64,000 bases of DNA from Leucoraja erinacea (taxonomy: Eukaryota). The notes under the pieces were generated by a model. That model ran no database searches and was not told where the DNA came from. It worked only from the letters and a program-made list of their open reading frames with translations. Shown here piece by piece: positions 1-10,290 of the stretch (positions are counted from its first letter, which is position 1; each line of letters begins with the position of its first letter). A program made the translations under genes and the position numbers. The stretch lies in NCBI RefSeq assembly GCF_028641065.1, contig NC_073397.1, forward strand, positions 31,248,001 to 31,312,000, written 5' to 3'.

Positions 1-82
1 TTTGCTTCAAGGTATGCAAAGAGTCACCACATCAAGGGCGCTGACAATGTTACAAAGTATCCCACACAGGTTGTACCTTTCT

Positions 83-127
<45 letters not shown>

Positions 128-240
128 ACCCCCCCCCCCCCCCCCCCTCACTGCGATCCACCCGCCCCTTTGTCCTATTTTTAAGGATTTTTTAAGGATG
201 GTATTGTAGTTACCCTACAAAAGAAAATTGCTTTACATAC

Positions 241-423
241 CTGTAATTCCAACATATGTACTGCAGGAGGTACACAGGGTGTCGTGGTAAAGATTGCCTG
301 GAACATTGACCACTAGACCATCAGTGCAGTTTGTGTGTGCAATACAGCGATCCGTACTCGAGAGTGTGGGAGAGAAATATCCCCTGGGACATATTTCACA
401 CGTTGAATCGCGATAATGGGTTC
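241..423 (-). CDS. TNFRSF6B: DcR3-like paralog A, coding exon 3 (end of CRD3 + CRD4)
   Basis: ccag|GA ACC CAT... to ATT ACA G|gtatgt; 183 nt, the same length as paralog B exon 3. Translates GTHYRDSTCEICPRGYFS...CIAHTNC...PGNLYHDTLC. Confidence 0.85.
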
Positions 424-929
424 CTGGAAAACACAAGTCCATCGGATCAGTTAAAATTCATGTAGTAATTTTTTCCCCAAAAGTACTTCCAGAGAACAAA
501 ATATGTACACAAAGTAAACCTGTCCATAAACTGTTCATGCATTGTCTATACATTCAACAGCATCATACACAGCAGTGTTTACATCTATCCTAAAGCAACA
601 CACCTATACCACTTACGACCCGAAACGTCACCTATTCCTTTTCTCCAGAGATGCTGCCTGACCCCATGAATGACTCCAGCATGTGTGTGTTCATCTTTGG
701 TGTAAGCCAGCATCTGCAGTTCCTCCATACACATAGTGCAGTTTGGACAAGCTTTGCAAAATAACAAACCATGCGCTCAAGGCGATGGGTGGATAGAGTA
801 AGAATTAAGATAGACACAAAAAGCTGGAGTAACTCAGCAGGACAGACAGCATCTCTGGAGAGAAGGAATGGGTGGTGTTTCGGGGTCGAGACACTTCTTC
901 AAAATTAATATTAGAAATATTAAACGTAC

Positions 930-1107
930 CTGATATCACCCCACCGTGTGTGGCGGTGCATCGTGTTAGCACAACTGTACCAGGCCCGCACATCTCACAT
1001 AACAAATTTTCACGAGTATATGGATCGGTCCATGTGTCAGTAGGCTTGGTTCTCACCTGCACTGTTGAACTTAAAACACGTTCAGTCAACGCAAATAGGA
1101 CGAGGCA
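930..1107 (-). CDS. TNFRSF6B: DcR3-like paralog A, coding exon 2 (signal peptide + CRD1, internally deleted)
   Basis: tttcctctacag|TGC CTC... to ...ATA TCA G|gtacgt; 178 nt. Translates CLVLFALTERVLSSTVQVRTKPTDTWTDPYTRENLLCEMCGPGTVVLTRCTATHGGVISG. Confidence 0.8.
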
Positions 1108-1628
1108 CTGTAGAGGAAATAATAACCAAAAAATAATAATTACTGAAACTGTCTATCATTACCATTCACAGCATCATACCTGAAATAACTTTACTCCTTT
1201 TAGCTTCCTTACCTTAGAAATGGTCAAACTTAAAACTGCACCATCAGACATCAAGTATAGGGAGGAATTGCAGATGCTGGTTTTACACCGAAGATCGACA
1301 CAATTGCTGGAGTAACTCAGCGGGCCAGGCAGCATCGCTGGAGAAAAGGAACAGGTGACATGTCGGGTCGAGACCCTTCTTCAGACAGATGAAAGGTCTC
1401 GACTCGAACTGTCACCTATTCCTTCTCTCCAGAGATGCTGCCTGACCCGCCGAGTTACTCCAGCAACTGTGTCTAGCATTAGACATCTATCTCTATCTTC
1501 AATAAATAGATGATGCAAGATTTTATTTGATGATGATGATGATGATACATTAATGTCACATGTACTTTAGAGTGAAATTCGTTGTTTTTCATGCACTACA
1601 CAAAGTGTGCAAAGAGTCGCCACCCATA

Positions 1629-2432
1629 ACTTTACACCCATATTTTAAGAAAGGCGGGAGAGAGAAAACAGGGAATTATAGACCAGTTAGCCTGACATCG
1701 GTGTTGGGGAAGATGCTGGAGTCAATTATAAAATATGGAATAGCGGCACATTTAGATAGCAGTAACAGGATCAGTCCGAGTCCGCATGGATTAACAAAGG
1801 GGAAATCATGCTTGACTAATCTTCTGGAATTTTTTGAGGATGTAACTAGGAAAATGGACAAGGACGGCCAGTGGATGTCGTGTGCCTGGACTTTCAGAAA
1901 GCATTTGATAAGGTCCCACATTCTTGGCATTCGTGCTATTGAGGGAGTACAGAGTATGTTCACGAGGTTAATTCCCAGGATGGCGGGACTGTCATATGTT
2001 GATAGAATGGAGCAGCTGGGCTTGTATACACTGGAATTTGGAAGGATGAGAGGCAATCTTATTGAAACATATAAGATTTTTAAGGGTTTGGACATGCTAG
2101 AAGCAGGAAACATATTCCCATTGTTGAGAGGGTCCAGAATCAGGGGCCACAGTTTAAGATTAAGGGGTAAGTCGTGTAGAACGGAGATGAGGGGAAAAAA
2201 ACACCCAAAGAGTTGTGAATCTGTGGAATTCTCTGCCTCAGAAGGCAGTGGAGGCCAATTATCTGGATGCTTTCAAGAGAGAGTTAGATAGAGCTCTTAA
2301 AGATAGCGGAGTCAAGGGTTATGGGGAGAAGGCAGGAACAGGGTACTGATTGTGGATGATCAGCCATGATCAAATTGAATGGCGGTGCTGGCTTGAATGT
2401 CCTACTCCTGCACCTAGTGTCTATTGTCTATT
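1629..2432 (+). mobile_element. CR1 LINE fragment (RT pieces, internally deleted, with 3' tail), specific to arm A
   Basis: ORF has FKKGGREKTGNYRPVSLTSV and KSCLTNLLEFFEDVT, plus a ctattgtctatt tail. The empty site (gtcgccacctatagagcgccgacag) is seen in arm B near 15910-15930. Confidence 0.9.
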
Positions 2433-3768
2433 GGTCGCCGACAGTTACAAAAAGTATTACTTAAAGTCCCGATGATCCTTCTTCGTTCATTTTATTTGAA
2501 ATGTACAGGCACGATGGGCCGAATGAACTCATCTGCATTCTGATTGCACAGAGTAAAATTTCAAACGTGTCTCCACTTAAATATATCAAGTTGTATTATA
2601 ATCCAATTTAAGATCTCAGTAATGGGATGACTCGAATCAGTCCCCGCCATGCGCGCAGAACCTACAATGCAGAGATTCTGTGGATGTCACACGCCACCTA
2701 TCTCATTCTGTCACATCGGCAGAATGTAGTTCAGGAGCGAATACGCCGAGCCGTAAACTTTTCACCCAACTCACTGCCGCAGAAACAAGGAACTGCAGTC
2801 GCTGGCAAAAATATAAAGATTGTCTAGGAGAGTGTATCTTAGACTATAGACAATAGACAATAGCTGCAGGAGTGGGCCATTCGGCCCTTCGAGCAAGCGC
2901 CGGAATCTTCTAGTTTAAGAAGGAACTGCAGATGCTGGAAAATCGAAGGCACTCAAAAGTACTGGAGAAACTCAGCTGGGTGCAGCAGCATCTATGGAGC
3001 GAAGGAAATAGGCAACGTTTCGTCCCGAAACGTTGCCTATTTCCTTCGCTCCATAGATGCTGCTGCACCCGCTGAGTTTCTCCGGCACTTTTGTCTGCCA
3101 AAATCTCCTAGATTCATCTTAAACGGAATTCCCTTGAAATAAGTCTAAATCATTCACATCTGCAAAAATGCTGCAACTACTCAGCAGAGAACCACTGCAA
3201 ACAACTTACAATGAACTTAGATTCAAGTAACTGCAGGTGCTGGTTTACAAATAAAAAGGTACAAAGTGCCGGAGTAACTCAGCGGGTCAGGCAGCATCTA
3301 TGGAGAACATATGCTGTACGAGACACGTCGTCAGACTGGCTGCTATAAAGATCAATATATATATAGCTTCAGCNNNNNNNNNNNNNNNNNNNNNNNNNNN
3401 NNNNNNNNNNNNNNNNNNNNNNNNNNNNNNNNNNNNNNNNNNNNNNNNNNNNNNNNNNNNNNNNNNNNNNNNNNNNNNNNNNNNNNNNNNNNNNNNNNNN
3501 NTAATAAATATTTTAAAATAAGTTAATATATAATATATATACTCATGCTCGTGTTTCCTCATAAATATATACTATTAAGAGTATACACAACTGTAACATT
3601 TTTAAGTCTATAAATATAAAATAAGTTAAAATTAATAAATATACTCATGCTCGTGTTTCCTCAAAATATAACTTAAAGAGTAACACCTTCATTGGAGCAA
3701 CGATCTCAGCACTAGTGCGCCATAGAGTTGATGCAGTGAAGCTGTTTGATCTTGCATTGCCACCTTAC

Positions 3769-3780
3769 CTTGAGGATCAT
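3769..3780 (-). CDS. TNFRSF6B: DcR3-like paralog A, coding exon 1 (micro-exon, MILK)
   Basis: Minus strand reads AGC ATG ATC CTC AAG|gtaagg, identical to paralog B. Spliced in phase 0 to exon 2 it gives the signal peptide MILKCLVLFALTERVLSS. Confidence 0.7.
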
Positions 3781-3837
3781 GCTTGCTCGCTTGCTAGGAC
3801 ACGCTCAGCTGTTGAGGGTGCAAGTTCCACACGCTCG

Positions 3838-3868
3838 TTTTATCAGCCGAATGACGCGAGGTGAGTCA
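3838..3868 (-). promoter_or_regulatory. Putative core promoter of paralog A: AP-1 site and GATAAAA TATA-like box
   Basis: TGAGTCA at 3862-3868 and TTTTATC at 3838-3844, 60-90 bp upstream of the ATG. Both are conserved in paralog B. Confidence 0.45.
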
Positions 3869-5404
3869 CCGTCTCACGATCTTACGAAGGAGGAAAAACT
3901 GTTCTCACGTTGCGAGTTGAGACAAGAGGTACCCCGAGTGAAAGACTCGTGGTTGTGTACGAGATTGCAAGTGTATGATCAAGAGTTTAACCGAGTTCCC
4001 ACGGGTATGACAAGTTTGCCGTTTACTTGTCATTTCTGCGATGTTCCAAGTTCGTCTCCCGAGTTACTCTTGAGCCAATCCTGATTGAAGGTTTGTTTTA
4101 ATAAGCAACAGTGTTATGTTTTAATAAGCAACAGTGTTAAAGAAGACCTCTCCATCCTGTGGCTTTGTTTTAAAGATATAATTCAAAGCGGCCGCATCTA
4201 TTGATGTGAGCTAAATAGGGAAAATGCGCCCCATCCAGTGCCAGAGCAGTTATGCTATGTGATGAAGTTCACTCCCATTTGAAAATTTTGCAATATTTTA
4301 ATCATATAATCCCATTCTACTTGATCAAACGCTTTTTCTGCGTCCAATGAAACTACCAGAGCAGTTATACTTATAATTTGTTTGAAACACGCAGGTTTGA
4401 TATGTTTTAATTGAATTTGCTGCCATGTCTACACACTGCGGGGAGACGGGAGATATAACTCTTTGAATGTGGACGGATATGCACATCAGATTGTTGTGAG
4501 ACGGAGCCCAGGGTTCGCCCCCTGAGTTGCTTCGGTGCCCAGGCGTGAGTTGAGATTACCGTCGAATTCCTCCCCATCGTCCCGGCTCTACGGTTCATCC
4601 GGGAATGATGTCTTTTTGGGGAATGTCTGGCAATTTCTTCGGGGTCACCGTTCGGTGGACCAGAGATACGACGGCGAGTTCGCTTCTGGCCAACACAATG
4701 AAGGAAGTAAATCGCGTGTTCACTGAACACAGGGGGCAGCTTCTAACTCAACGAACCACGGCGCTAGGTTGAAAATGATGCTACTGAAAAGTGGCTTTTT
4801 ATTTTTGCATTGTAAGCTTGACACAAGTATGCATACTCGATTGAGAACTCATTCATTCATCCAAACTCGATTGAGAAAGTGAAGTAGGGGATGCTCTCTG
4901 GTAGCATGGATACTTTCAGTGTCGTTATGACATGTTTGTGGGACGGGGTGGAATCATGGGTGACGGATAACATTGGGGCGGCCAAGGGGCTGCACAAATC
5001 CAGATGTTCACATGTAATAAAGTGTAAATGATGATGGCAGCCGGGCGATAACAGCGGCTGTGGTTCAACCCGGAGTGTGGCAAATTGCAGAATTGAAAGC
5101 TGAGATAAGCGATTGGACAGGATAGATGCAGGAAAAATGATCCCAATGTTGGGGCAGTCCAGAACCAGGGAGGGGGGGAGGGGGGGGGGGGTCACAGTTC
5201 AGAACCCGGAGAGTTGTGAATCTGGAATTCTCTGCCATGAAGTCAGTGGAGACCAATTTACTGGATGTATGCAGAGATAGTTAGATTTAGCTCTTAGGGC
5301 TAACGGAATCAAGGGATATGGGGAGAAAGCAGTAGCGGGGTACAGATTCTGGATGATGCCATGATCATATTGACGGTGTCTAAATTAACTAAATTGTGTT
5401 TATC

Positions 5405-5453
5405 TATAGGGTGATTTCACGAAATCTATGACCTTTCGTGAAATCACCCTATA
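5405..5453. repeat. Perfect 20-bp inverted repeat with 9-nt loop (probable collapsed DNA-transposon termini)
   Basis: TATAGGGTGATTTCACGAAA-tctatgacc-TTTCGTGAAATCACCCTATA. Confidence 0.75.
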
Positions 5454-5571
5454 TGCAAGGCAAAACTGCTTTCACGTTGACACCAACTGGTGAAGTCCTC
5501 TCTGCTACTGAGGCAGCAAAGGCACATTTATCTTTCCCTCCCCATAATCCTGCTTCTTGGAATCATTGAAG

Positions 5572-6561
5572 TAATAATAATAATAATAATAATACATTTT
5601 ATTTATTGGGCGCCTTTCAGACATCTCAAGGACACCTTACATAGATTAACAGGAATATAAATATATAATCAGAAAATAAATAATAAAGACATCACAGAAA
5701 CACAAATTAAAAACAGAATTCAGTCCAAAAACAAAATATCAAAAACACAATGTGAAGAGAGAGCAGCGGCAGCTAAACCGCGCCAGCGTCCACTCTCCCT
5801 TCATGGCAGCCATCTTGGACAAAGACTAACAGGATTACATTACAGACAAAAAACATCATCCCCCCACAATGGATACCACTGTGGGGAAAGGCACAAAGTC
5901 CAGTCCCCAACCCAAGTTCACCCCAAAGTCAGGTCTATTGAGGCCACCGCAATTGCCTCTACGGAGGCCCGATGTTCCTGGCCGTTCTCACCGGGTGGTG
6001 TTGACCCGGCGTCGGGAGAGTCCACTCAGCGGCTGGGCCACCTGGAATGGCCGCTTTCTAGCTGGAGACCGCGGCTTCCGGAGCCGACAAGGCCGCGCCA
6101 GTTTGGAGCTCCCAGGCCCCCGATGTTGAAATCGGCGCCGCCCGCTCCACTCCACAGCCCCACAGCCCGGAGGTGTTGAACACGGCGGTCACAGCTCATC
6201 GGAGCTCCAGCGCATCGATCCAGCGCGGTGACCCAGGCAAGGCATCGCCCGCTCCGCTCCGCGATAGCGCTCCAGCGCTGTGCCGCCACCGAAGCCGAGG
6301 TGCTGGGCGGTCCCCGCCAGGAAACGGCGCTCCAAGCCCGCTGGCAGGCCACGAGGATGGGTCAACGGGCAGCCCGGAGAAAAAGCTGCCTCACCGACCA
6401 GGTAGGGACCTAGAAGTAAGATTGACCCCTGCCCCCCACATTAAAAAGTCCATATCTCCAGACATCACTAAACAGGACTCACTAAAAACTTTTAAAAAAA
6501 GCGAATTAAAACGGACGGCTGTTAGCTAGCAGCCGTTCCCCAAGATGGCTCCTCCTCCTCT
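5572..6561 (-). mobile_element. GC-rich non-coding retroposon with L2/CR1-group-like 3' end and (TAT)n tail
   Basis: Minus strand ends gtaaggtgtccttgagatgtctgaaaggcgcccaataaataaaatgtattattatt. The body is CpG-rich with no recognisable protein. Confidence 0.55.
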
Positions 6562-8102
6562 AGTAGGCCTAGATTCTCCTTGTGCTCCTGCATTTCCAGT
6601 CAGCAAAGAGTGATTGAGGTGGGTTAAGCCATGTATCAGGTTTCACCTCAGGTCTAGCAGAGAATGTTCAACCTACCACTGGCACCCAATGCAGTGTGAT
6701 AGTGATATTGACCACAAAATTGATGCTTTCCCTTTCTAAACGATGTAGACTCCTTCTGCCTCTGCTGTCCCTATTGACAAGTCGTATTTTGCGGAGAGCT
6801 ACAATATCGAGATTATGATATCTCACGATGACTGTTCATATTTGGGTTGTCAGTGAGTGAGTGATTCCATCTTCCAGGATCCGAGGATTAGCTTTTCATT
6901 GTTTTGACCACAGTAACGGTAATTCACTGAACGATATTATAGATCTTTGTTCATCTTCGTTCATCTTCTGCCAAGCAAATCCCCCACTTGTATCCACCTA
7001 TCACTTGCCTGCATTACCTGCACACATCTCTCTTCCAACCTTCCCTTCCCAACTAGTCTCTGAAGAAGGGTCCTTACCTGAAACGTCACCTATCCATGTC
7101 CTTCAGTGATGCTGTTCAGTGACATTTATCATACAAGTTTTTTTGGCCTTCCATCACAGCAATGTGATGGATGTTTATGTAAATTATGTTGTGTCTTGGG
7201 TCTATTTGTTTGTAATGTATGGCTGCAGAAACGTCATTTCGTTTGGACCTCAAGGGCTCCAAATGACAAATAAATTGAATTGAATTGAATTGAATTGACT
7301 AATTTTCAGCGCGAGAGTTCGTAAAAAACACTTCATATTTATTATTCGCATACGCTGTGACACAGACACAAAAATAAGATAGAAATTACAGTTCATCATT
7401 TTGACACTTTTAGATAAATATCATAAAATTTTCCACAATGTTCATTATATTCATTGTACTATCCAGTCATTCAAGAACGTCCATCAGAACTCTGTGATTC
7501 ATCTCTCACAAACAAAATTTGCCTCAAGTACCTTCTAGTGGTGGTTACTTTGCATTTTGGACTCATCTTACTTCCCTGGAAGGATGAGAGTGCAGTGAAA
7601 GTTTAAATCATGCGGTATTTCAATATATACTTTGGGCAGCTGAGAGGACACCTTTGCCTGACAAAATATCCCTTGGCCTGCTGGAGACATGTAGATGAAG
7701 GAAAACTCACAATGCTAACGTTGGGGTTTATTAGACAAGCATTTGAATACAAAAATGGTGTGGGTTTATTGCGTGCAATATTGAATACAAGTACAAGGAG
7801 GTTTCATTGTACAAGACATTGAATACAAGTGCAGGGAGAGGATTTGTCCTCCTGTGACACTGAGCCTGAAGCTAGGGCAGACAAAATAGTTGAGCGACGA
7901 ACCGCTCGCCACCAATTCCCGGTTAGAGAAATGCCTAACTCCACGTTTAATCCAGCGATTGCAGTTGGTCCTGGAAACACTCAAACGATAAATGTATATC
8001 CCCCTGGAAACTGAATGAGATGGTGGCCATACTGAGCTAGATGCCTGATAGGAAAAAGTAATCCGGCACATTCATAGATTACCTCCGAACTACAATAAGA
8101 GT

Positions 8103-8368
8103 TTAGAACAGAGATGAGGAAACACTTTTTCACACAGAGAGTTGTGAGTTTGTGGAATTCTCTGCCTCAGAGGGCGGTGGAGGCCGGTAGAGGGCGATTC
8201 TTTGGAAACTTTCAAGATTGGGCTCTTGAAGATAGCGGAGTCAGGGGATATGGGGAGAAGGCAGGAACGGGGTGCTGATTGTGGATGATCAGCCATGATC
8301 ATATTGAATGGCGGTGCTGGCTTGAAGGGCCGAATGGCCAACTCCTGCACCTTTTGTCTGTTTTCTAT
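8103..8368 (+). mobile_element. 5'-truncated CR1 inserted in ERV gag, 9-bp TSD
   Basis: CR1 3' end sequence. TSD AATAAGAGT at 8094-8102 and 8369-8377. Removing the insert restores the gag frame RTTIRVYHAESREL. Confidence 0.85.
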
Positions 8369-9510
8369 AATAAGAGTGTATCATGCAGAATCGAGAGAGT
8401 TGTGAGCTTTAGTGCAACAAGTTGTAATCTCAGCAGAACCTGCAAGATTCTTGGTGAACTTGGGATCTCCAACTCATGATGCGCTAGTTAACCTGCTAGC
8501 CCAGAGCAAGGCACTAGAGGATGCCATCCTTGCTGCCCTTACTACCACTCTGCAGAAACCGATCAATATTTCTAAAATTTTGGATATCAGGGGGGGGGGG
8601 GGGGGGGGCAGGCGAATTTTTAGAAAGATTTTTGGAAATATCCATAGATATCGGGAGATATTAATTATCGGAACGGTGTAAATTCTCCCCCAGTACTGTG
8701 CAATTTTGATGAACTGCCTGCCAGCCGCTGCAGCAGAAGCAATAAAAATGAATAACATGGACTAGTCAGAGAATAATCCAGGTCAAATGGCCCGTGCAGT
8801 TAGATACCATTGGAAAGATAATAAGAAACAAGATAATCTGCCGCAGACTAAAGTAAAAAACGAAATATGTTATGGAAAAGGAGATACCGGAAGATATTAA
8901 CAATTACCAAACAGGACCCCGGATCTTTGAAACAGAATGGGCGAAGATGCAGGAATGCATGACTCCAGGCTACCCCATGAACTAAATGCCCCCGCTTACA
9001 GCCAACCCTATGTTTCCCCAAAGCCACATTTTAGAGTGAGGTGAGTGTTGGGACCAGACATTGTTAAAGCTGTGGCAGGTATGGTCATTGGAGCTGGGAG
9101 TGCCCAACATGAAGGGGAGGTTGGCAGGGAAATCGAGGACAGGAGAGGCAAATGAACTTTTCCCAGAATAATCCGTTTCCCCCGAATTGACTGGCAAATT
9201 TGGTGATGAATGGGTGCAATACCGACGAGAAACCTGTTTTATCCTTGCAAGTAGAAGGAAGAAGATGCACATTTTTGGTAGATACAGGGCCATCCATGTC
9301 ATCTATTCAGTCCATTCACAATCTTCCTAAACCAAACGAGACCCAGAGCCTGTCTGGGTTCCAAGGACAAGCATGTCAAATCTCCATCTCTATGCCAGTT
9401 GAAGTAACATACCAAGGCTAGACAGTGCTGCATCAATTCGTAATTACCACGGGTCTGGATTGTAATCTGCTAGCTCGAGATTTGCTATGCGCATTCCATC
9501 TGCCAATTGA

Positions 9511-10290
9511 AACATAGAAACATAGAAATTAGGTCCATTCGGCCCTTCGAGCCTGCACCGCCATTCAATATGATCATGGCTGATCATCCAGCTCAGTATC
9601 CCGTACCTGCCTTCTCTCCATACCCTCTTATCCCCTTAGCCACAAGGGCCACATCTAACTCCCTCTTAAATATAGCCAATGAACTGGCCTCAACTACCCT
9701 CTGTGGCAGAGAGTTCCAGAGATTCACCACTCTCTGTGTGAAAAAAGTTCTTCTCATCTCGGTTTTAAAGGATTTCCCCCTTATCCTTAAGTTGTGACCC
9801 CTTGTCCTGGACTTCCCCAACATCGGGAGCAATCTTCCTGCATCTAGCCTGTCCAACCCCTTAAGAATTTTGTAAGTTTCTATAAGATCCCCTCTCAATC
9901 TCTTAAATTCTAGAGAGTATAAACCAAGTCTATCCAGTCTTTCTTCATAAGACAGTCCTGACATCCCAGGGATCAGTCTGGTGAACCTTCTCTGCACTCC
10001 CTCTATGGCAATAATGTCCTTCCTCAGATTTGGAGACCAAAACTGTATGCAATACTCCAGGTGTGGTCTCACCAAGACCCTGTACAACTGCAGTAGAACC
10101 TCCCTGCTCCTATCCTCAAATCCTTTTGTTATGAAAGCTAACATACCATTCGCCTTCTTTACTGCCTGCTGCACCTGCATGCCTACTTTCAATGACTGGT
10201 GTACCATGACACCCAGGTCTCGCTGCATCTCCCCTTTTCCTAGTCGGCCACCATTTAGTGTGCTTTCCTGTTTTTGCCACCAAAATGGAT
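9511..10290 (-). mobile_element. 5'-truncated CR1 inserted at the end of ERV protease, 6-bp TSD
   Basis: ORF 9593-10345 has RDLGV, LVRPHLEYCIQFWSP and RVVNLWNSLP. TSD AATTGA at 9505-9510 and 10291-10296. Confidence 0.9.

Larger units (their letters stand above)
241..3780 (-). other. TNFRSF6B: Gene span: TNFRSF6B/DcR3-like paralog A (5' part; last exon lies before the window start)
   Basis: Three coding exons (3769-3780, 930-1107, 241-423) with GT-AG boundaries and phases 0/1/1, matching paralog B. TNFR cysteine-rich motifs. Synteny with ARFRP1/ZGPAT. Confidence 0.8.
1..5380. repeat. Left arm of inverted segmental duplication (pairs with ~11680-21870)
   Basis: Reverse-complement colinearity: 191-240 with 21611-21660; 610-929 with 16832-17140; 1108-1620 with 15920-16440; 2433-3373 with 14900-15915; 3620-4812 with 13718-14255; a CR1 fragment with the same internal deletion at 5130-5380 and 11685-11910. 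Ends are approximate. Confidence 0.85.

Noticed and set aside
83-147. Poly-proline ORF and long poly-C tract; similar G/C runs at 12208, 21742, 25444, 31104, 60268
   Set aside because: Low-complexity homopolymers of unreliable length in introns or intergenic DNA, with no coding evidence.
3690-3790. Plus-strand peptide ISALVRHRVDAVKLFDLALPPYLEDH resembling a SOCS/Cullin box, suggesting a viral or captured gene
   Set aside because: It is the antisense reading of the DcR3 micro-exon, its splice donor and intron start. There is no start codon context or conserved full ORF in the second arm.
5869-6529. Overlapping GC-rich ORFs of 60-118 aa
   Set aside because: Stop-poor frames inside a GC-rich repeat, with no recognisable domain or splice structure.
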